DNA of 57,287 bases, counting the filler, from Sphacelaria rigidula (taxonomy: Eukaryota), in assembly GCA_964200075.2 (NCBI GenBank). It is 6 parts of 6 records of this genome, joined end to end, with 100 filler letters (N's around TTAATTAATTAA, not from the genome) between each part and the next. Parts side by side here need not be neighbours in the genome. Positions count along the whole stretch, not along the records: positions 47,824 to 57,287 come from CAXNAA020008440.1; 5 more parts are not named here. One strand, written 5' to 3'. The translations under genes were made by a program, and so were the position numbers. Below the pieces are notes generated by a model that saw nothing but the letters and a program-made list of their open reading frames with translations, made no database searches and was not told where the DNA came from. Positions 49,859 through 57,287 of the stretch are shown piece by piece (position 1 is the stretch's first letter; every line of letters starts with the position of its first letter).

Positions 49859-52413
49859 CAATCGGCCCCAAATGGAAAAAAGTGAGTGTGGGTCCGAAGT
49901 GGGTCCAGGAATATTTTTTCCAAGCGCCCTTACACTGTAACCTCTCTAAATGTAGCCAGTAGTACTGAATCACGCGTGCGAGAGAGATATTGGGGGTACA
50001 ACGGCCAGACAGCTACAAATAATTTGATCCTCAATGTGCTTGCTCCATGTCTCGACGCGTGTGGGCGTGGGCGGTGTAGGTACTACCATAATAGAGCACG
50101 TGACACGGATACCACTCATGGTCAACATGTGGCACTCTCCTGGCTACATACTGAAGGAGTAGATGATACTCGACACTCCATGAATTCCACTTGTTCAGGA
50201 ACACGCATGGTCGACAAGAAGCAGCCACAGCACTGAATCGTTTCAATGATTGCTCACCAGCTCTCCTCTCCATTATGATGGAGAGCTTACCTGGCCTCGC
50301 GGCAAGCGTGTACGTGTACTGTACCCGTGCCGAATATTCTGTAGAATTTAGAAAGCAAATTTCCTATAGAGTATCATCGGAAATATCGAACGATGGTTGT
50401 TTGTACAGACAGTATGTTAGTGTTGCAGTAAGTACCGTACGCCGAATGTTTTATAGCGACTTGTATTATTTGAAGTCATTAATAATTTCGGAATCATATA
50501 CAGACACGAGCCACATGAACGCAACCGCAGGCACAGGCATGCCAGTTACGCGAGTTTACCCCTTCAAAACTATGGTTGCTATTTTGAGCGCAACAGACAC
50601 TAGTATACGGATCTAGGGAGGGCTGTCAGTTTTAGTCCGAGGGCTTTCGTGCCCAGCATGACTTTTGTTTCGATCGGCACCGCGGCTCCGATTCGAGATC
50701 TCAATATTTGAGCATTTCCAAGCATGCAGTATAATCATTGACGTGTGACCGCTCCTCTCAATCGCTCAAAAACAACTTGGGCTGCCTTGGGTTCGGGTCG
50801 AGGCTAGGGTCAAGGTTTGGCAAAAACAAGCCTCTATCAACCACGGATTGAAGGGCGTGGACTCGGACGAGCCGCCTTCGCGAAGGTTACATGTGGAACA
50901 CGCCCCCCCAAAAAGGGTGGTGGAGAAAAAAGGAGGAACGAAGAGGAGAAAAGGGCGAGGTCATTCATTCAGAGCGGAATAAAATACCACCTGGGTTTGA
51001 AAAATAGGAAATAGCTTTCGTCATATGTACCAAGTAGATATAGCCAATACCGAAAATATGTCCTGCATGAGGAATCCTAGGAATCGCGGCTACGAACGGC
51101 TGTTGTTATGTGGGCTGTGAATTGGTGGGCAGTTGAGAGTTGCTAGGTATCTGTGGCAAGTATCGACAGGTATCGCAGGCGCAGAGCGGGGGCTCGGCAA
51201 AAATACGGTGGAGTACACGCTCCGTCATCTTGCACGGTCTGAACTGTCTTGCCTGTACAGAGTACAGTGCAGCCCTACAACAGCACGTTCGGTACAAACG
51301 ACGCGTTTTCTGTGTATCGTCCAAGTATGATACAGCGAGCGATTCTCCGACAAATACAGTCGTGGTGTCCAGGGAGCGGGAGGGGCGTGCAAGTTCTGCT
51401 CGCTTAGGTCCGATGTATATGGCTGAGCATGAACTGGGGATGCCAGGAAGCGATAAAGTCATCGACAACGAGCTCATTCTGTGCGCCAGTGTTGACATGA
51501 CCGAAGTCGAGAGGAGAGAGCAAATATTTTCTCCGAGACGGTAGGAGTGTGTTTGTCAGGGCCAAGACAGACAACAAAATACCACACGGAACATTACCAC
51601 ACACAACGCCCAATGGTGTTTCATCACACCGATAAATCAAAGGCCTCATCATGTACGGAGACAGGCTGTTGCAACAACGGGACACATATGCAACCATACC
51701 TTGAGGGCGACTATCTCCTCTGTCTGCCTATCCTTCGCCTTGTAGACCACACCATATGTGCCCTCGCCGAGATTACCGCCCCCGTTTTTTTCGATCTTCT
51801 GATAGCGGTCCATGCTTCGTCTCAAAGAACAGCCCCCGAGAATTCAAAGGGATTGGAGATCAGGGACGGAAATGTCTCGAGCCTTTCCTTCCCCGGCGAA
51901 AGATTTCTCTCGCAAGCTAGGGTTGGCTCGACCCGTCACTGATACACACTCGACCTCTTTTCAAACCCCGTATCTGACGCGATGAAACAATGTTTTAACA
52001 TTTACGCTAGGCTGTGTTCAGACCCGCGGTATCAAGACATGGTTCCTCGTATCGAGACAGAACGTCTTCTCATCTCTTGTGCGGAGGACAGATGCATGCG
52101 CATACAAGAACAAGGAGACATGAAAATTAAAAAAAATAATTCAGCAGCGAGTAAGTCCCCACAGGGCAAAGTTGAAGCAAACCTTCGAGTCTAACAACCC
52201 TTGACTCGACTGACTGGACTAATGCCGTGCTCTTCCGCATGCGCCATGATGGATGATGACATTAAATAACACACACATTTCGTGATTGAACTGCGGTCCG
52301 GTTGCACATTGATATCACGGCGCTGTGATCTTGGTCTACTGAAAGCCATAGCCTCTTGTGCCCCTGGAGCCTTCAGCTCTCACTTGTTGGGTGCTCGGAG
52401 GCGTACCGATTTC

Positions 52414-52542
52414 ATGTGGTGGGGTTTCAAGGAAGGCGGCCAAGGTGGTACGGGTATCTCCAGCGGCAGTACAGCAGCAGCGAAAACAGTCTCTTGCGCG
52501 GAAGCACCTCAGCAATCCCAACAGCAGCAGCAACAGCAACAG

Positions 52543-52580
<38 letters not shown>

Positions 52581-55500
52581 GGCAGTCCCCGCTCCCAGGG
52601 GAAGCCTCCCTGGATTCTCATCTGCACCCCCAGCAGTGACTTCTGCAGTCACGGTACGCAACGATCGTGGCAATCCTTCTTGGTCACCGACTGCCGCCAG
52701 CGCTGCCGCCTCCGTTGCGCCCATCGTTGCCGCTTCAGGTCCGCCAGCACCTACACCAGCTACCGTCCCCACCCTCGCAGGTGCTGCGCCAACAGCTATC
52801 GCCGCCAACGGCGAAGCACCACCTGTCGCAGCTACTTCGAAGGCGGCGAGGCCGCTGGCACCGGTGGTGGCTCCTAAGCTGGAACCATCGGGTCCTTTCC
52901 AGCTTACTTCAGAGCAACAGAAGGAGCAGCTACACCAACAGCTTCACCAGCTGCAGCAAGAGCAGCTGGAACATCACGCGACAAGAGTGAGGAGCAGGCG
53001 GGCGGCAATACAGAAGCCCGGCAACCGACGGAACTTTCCCGGGGGTGGACTCGCATCCAGCAGCGGCGGGGTTAGAATGTTGCAGGGCAAGGACACGGTA
53101 ATCGATATACACAGGGCGGCAGACAGAGGTGCTTACAGGGATGTGTGCAAGTACGTGGATACGGGGGGTGATGTGAATGCGCGCGACAAGTCCATGGTGA
53201 GTCAAGAACAATCTACAGTACACGCGGCACCCTCCTCTGTACTGCGATGCGCCGTCCCCGTATATGTATAGTTGAATGGATTTCAAATCCACGACCCGGT
53301 GTGCAGTTGCAGCCGTGGGCATTGGGCAAGGGAATATCAACGGTTTCGGTCAAAAATCTGGCACGTCGTTGTCGGTTGTTTGCTGCTCGCTGCCAGCGAA
53401 AACCTGAGACGCCAAGGCTAACCCGTCTATTTTGGGTGGAGAGCGGGGAAGGGTACGGCTGTTTTTTTTATTTTGACTAAGATATCTTTTGTTCCGGTAA
53501 GTAGGCACACGTACAGACACCGCAGTCAAAAGATTCAATCAAGCCCAATAGCACGAGAAGGAGTTCAACGCCGTCTCTGCGATGTGCTGTACTCTACAAT
53601 TTGTTGTCGAGAAAGGTGCAATTTTCCGCCTTGTAACTCGTGTGTATCCGTTCTACTGGTACGGGTGTGTTTAATGCTAGGTATTACAGTACTTCGCAAA
53701 GCTTCCACGTGCAAGCTGTCACATTACCATCTTTGAAACGGTTCAGGAACAACGATATTTAGAAAAAAACACGTCAAGCATTGTCATATGAAACTCTCCA
53801 TAATTCGCCTCTGCGGCAATCCACACCAACCCCTGAAGAGCGGAGGGGGGGGGGGCGTACTCATTTGTTGCTTGCCTTAGTCGTTTGGCCATTGACCACG
53901 CATCCCTTTCGAGACGGAGCACCGTTCCTACTCCTAATAGAGACACCTCCAACATTCTGGCGCTCATTACTGGGTCAATTTATATAAGACATGACATACT
54001 CAGAATTTGAGATCAAGTTCCTTCATGTACACGGTACAGCTGTATCTTCAGGCAAAACCCATCTTGATCTTATTATCTCTAGTGCTTACGACCGACTGTG
54101 CAGACGCGCGGTATATCAGCATGACAAATGTTGGAATCTGAGAAATGTACGTGGTACAATATGGAAACATGATCGTATTCAGTGGACATCTGATCGTCAT
54201 CTCTTGGACGTCATTTTTACCTTGATCTTGATCTTGATCTTGAAATAGTACCATCTATGATTTGTATCCATGATTACTAGGTGGAAGCTTTACGCGATGT
54301 GGTTCTTATATGCCGATCTACGCCCTTGCAGAAGGTTCTCAAATCGCCTCGAAGTCGAAAGGTTGACCTGTTGCTCTCAAATGTTGTCCCACCCGTTCAA
54401 AACCGAAAAACTGTCTATCGTTCCGGACAGTGGACGCCTCTTCACCGCTGCGCGCGCAAGGGGCACACCGATGCCTGTCGGTACCTGCTGCTCCATGGCG
54501 CAGATGCAAACTTGAAGACTATGGAGCTGTGGAGCCCTTTGCATTGCGCTTGTGTAGGGGGACATTCGAGTGTAAGCAGGGAAGAGTTTCACTCCCTTGA
54601 GGGGCAAGAGGGGGCGGGGGCGAGGGGAGTTGTGTGCGCGCGCGTGTGTGTTCTACTATAATGCATGCAGAATTCCTCGGGGATATCTTCTGCCGCTGCG
54701 AATGTGTCGTGTTCATGCGGCATTTGTCACCTCACCAGTGAGGGGGGTTCTCCGATGGCACTTGATTATGATGGGTACCCGTGTGTACCAGGGGTTGCAG
54801 CCCACATAGACTGATCGCCCTTGCCGTGCGTCACCCTGACATGCAAGAGCATTTTATTGTATTTTTGTCGTGCTTTTGCCCCGCTCTCTCGCCCCTTCCT
54901 CTATACGAGGCCGCAGATGAAAGGGATCACATGTCGGTCTCTCGGTACCTGGGTTAATTTGTTCTGCAAGATTTTTGGTTCAATTTTTTCTTGGGACGAC
55001 GGGAACCAGAAAAAATGAAGCTTCATGTGCTCTTGGGGTAAGAGCGCACAAGACCCCGCCCAACGTAGCGTGTTTTTTCCGGTTTGGTCACCGCCTATCC
55101 GAGATATACAGTGTACGGGGGTCTTATGGATCATATCTCAGAGCGTGGTCACTGACACGAGGAGGATCTGCCCGCCTGAAGCGCCCAGCGCTGGTTCCGT
55201 TTTGGCATGTGTAGTCTATACAGAGACCTAATCTGTGATGACGGGTGGTAGAGGGGGTGTGTGTATGGGGTAAGCTGACTACACGCCCGCCTTTTCGCTC
55301 TTCTTTCATCGTATGTCCTTTCTATTATTTTCTTCGTTCGGGGGACTATCCACGGCACCGCGCATTAGGTTGTGAAACTGCTGGTTCACGCTACAGTGCC
55401 CGCGGAAGTCAATGCGCAGACACGCCTCGGACAGACTCCTGTGTACCTAGCCGCTTACTGGGTGAGAGCTGTTGTTTGGCAAGGGGTTTACTGTAAATAA

Positions 55501-56147
55501 AACTTTCGGCACTGATTGTATTATTTCTAACTGGCGCGGTCTATCTTGCCTTCCCCCCCCCAAACCCCTTATTTTGGCAATCATCAGCGCTGACTCACCA
55601 CTTGGTGCTTCTTTGGATCTGACGTGAATATTTTTCGCAGCCAAAAAACGTTTTTGTCGTTTCAATGTTTTGTTTGTATAATATGTCCTTGTGTGTCGCC
55701 CCGCTTTGGCATTCCATCAGCGTTGAGGTTATGAACTACGTGTCCTTGAGACAGCCGGACGTTGTTTTCGAAGAAGCGACGGCGGTGGGATGGGCGGCAC
55801 ATGTCCAACTGGGGATACACCTGGAAGTACCATCCTCCACAATCTCCCAGGATTGTCCCGGGCCAGAACTCGCAACAATTGTAGTCGGTCAATAGGTACA
55901 CACCTGGGGTTTTTTGGTAATGGTGACCACACACACGTTAGGTCGGTCCTAGCAAGAGTAACGGCAATATAAAAGTTGCGAGTGTCAATATAAGATCTAT
56001 TTTGCCGGTGCGCGCATGACTGCTGAAAGTTCCGCCGCAATATGCCCCGCCCTCGTCTTCCCAACGTTTCGGATATCACTCCTCCGAAAGGGGCACTTGC
56101 ACTCCGTACAAGAACTCCTCAACGTAGGCGCCGACACTACGCTCAAG
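52414..56147 (+). CDS. Ankyrin repeat protein with polyQ and Ala/Pro-rich N-terminus; multi-exon, 3' end not found in the window
   Basis: Phase-0 GT-AG exons 52414-53196, 54431-54571, 55369-55461, 56091-56147. They give canonical ANK repeats: DIHRAADRG...GGDVNARDKSM-WTPLHRCARKGH...LLLHGADANLK...WSPLHCACVGGHSS-VVKLLV...VNAQTRLGQTPVYLAAYW-GHLHSVQELLNVGADTTLK. Start ATG chosen by inference. Confidence 0.88.
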
Positions 56148-57287
56148 GTGAGGGAGCGTGCAACCCTGGGTTCCATTTGTGGGAGGTATTGGGGGCAGTC
56201 ATTTTTATTCCTCGTCGGTAGGGAGGATGCGGTATGTCCCCGGCGTTGTTGTGAAGCGATCGGTTCTACATGTACATCGACTCACTCGATGTGACCGTGA
56301 ACTTCGCGGTGATAGTGGTAGCCTCGAAAGAAGCAGCTTGCTTGCCGCAATGATTCGTCCTTTCCTGTTCGCGGAACCCCGCTACGTTTTTGTTTTTGCG
56401 CAACACCATTCATTGCAAGGTTCCAGTTGCCTGTTTACTTATCGAGGCGAAGGTACATTTCGTAGCTCGCCACCTCCTTGAATTTTGCTCTCTGCGGTCT
56501 GCTATTTTTTACGTTAGTCGATTTTGCTCCCTCCCCTATTCCCGTTGCATGTGGAATGGAACGATGTTTCCAGGATTCGCAAGGCCGATTGCCTGGAGAC
56601 GACTACCACGAGACCGTTACTGTAGCCCTTAGACTGGCGGTTAGCGGCGGGATCAGGTGAGAGGGGCTTTTTGCGCTTTGTACGCCGGAGACTGGTTCGT
56701 TTTTACGCTCGCTCTGACGTGCAAGCGGCCCGCTTCGCAGGTTTTGCCTGAAATTTATAACAGCTTGCCGAAAGGGTGCCTGTCGCACGTGAAGCACGGG
56801 CGGCGCGCGGCGGCACTACTACAGCAGTTTCCAGCTGAAGCAGGAGGTTCTTGTATTTTTGTCGAAGTCAGCGATTTTCAATAGTTTCGCGTGGTACTGC
56901 TCATCCCAGTGAGTGTTTGACCCCAAAGTTTGGGGATCGGGAGATACTAGGCAGCCGCTCCACGAAACTAGAGTAATCTCTGCACTCGACATCTAGCGAG
57001 TTACGGACTGGCCGGTCCTCAGGGATCCTGCGACTGCCCAGCCCCAGGTTCTGACCCCTGGGTATGTTCGCTGATTGACGAAATCCCCATCGTCCTCGTG
57101 AACAAATGTCGAGATCGTGCTAAGGAACAATACTAGACTAGAAAATTCAGAAAAATAATACCCAACTACGAATTGTCCAACCGAGCTCCGTATAGCACGG
57201 GGGGGGGGGGGGGGGCGTATTTTTTTTTTGCTTTCCTTATTCGTTCAACCATTTACCTCGCATCCCTTTCAATCCGGCGGGGTGGGG

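Noticed and set aside
51140..51942. 130-134 aa ORFs upstream of the ankyrin gene
   Set aside because: No recognisable motifs or consistent splice signals; ORFs of this length are expected by chance at this GC content.

Overview
Eukaryotic genomic DNA, most likely from a brown alga (Phaeophyceae, Ectocarpus-like). This is an inference from ~50% GC, intron-dense genes, a class I fumarase and the repeat content. The window is NOT one locus. It is six contigs of near-identical length (9465, 9465, 9465, 9464, 9464, 9464 bp) joined by an artificial 100-nt spacer (N44-TTAATTAATTAA-N44), so adjacency across spacers has no biological meaning. Contig 1 has an intronless gene with an F-box-like N-terminus and 11 x 27-aa GCPW ankyrin-like repeats of the kind known from giant viruses. 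Contig 2 has a tRNA-derived foldback array and a partial multi-exon armadillo-like gene. Contig 3 has a three-level MITE/SINE/foldback nest, a cluster of GC-rich hairpins and a decayed RTE-like LINE. Contig 4 has the 5' exons of a class I (Fe-S) fumarate hydratase, a divergent spliced gene of unknown function and a ~60-bp tandem repeat. Contig 5 has the 3' end of an acidic-tailed gene and a long imperfect hairpin. Contig 6 has a partial polyQ/ankyrin gene. No novel multi-gene system can be supported. The best leads are the tRNA-derived foldback array (9728-10305), the virus-like repeat gene (644-1732), the branched hairpin cluster (23305-23458) and the reciprocal SINE/MITE nesting. All family assignments are by eye, without database searches.
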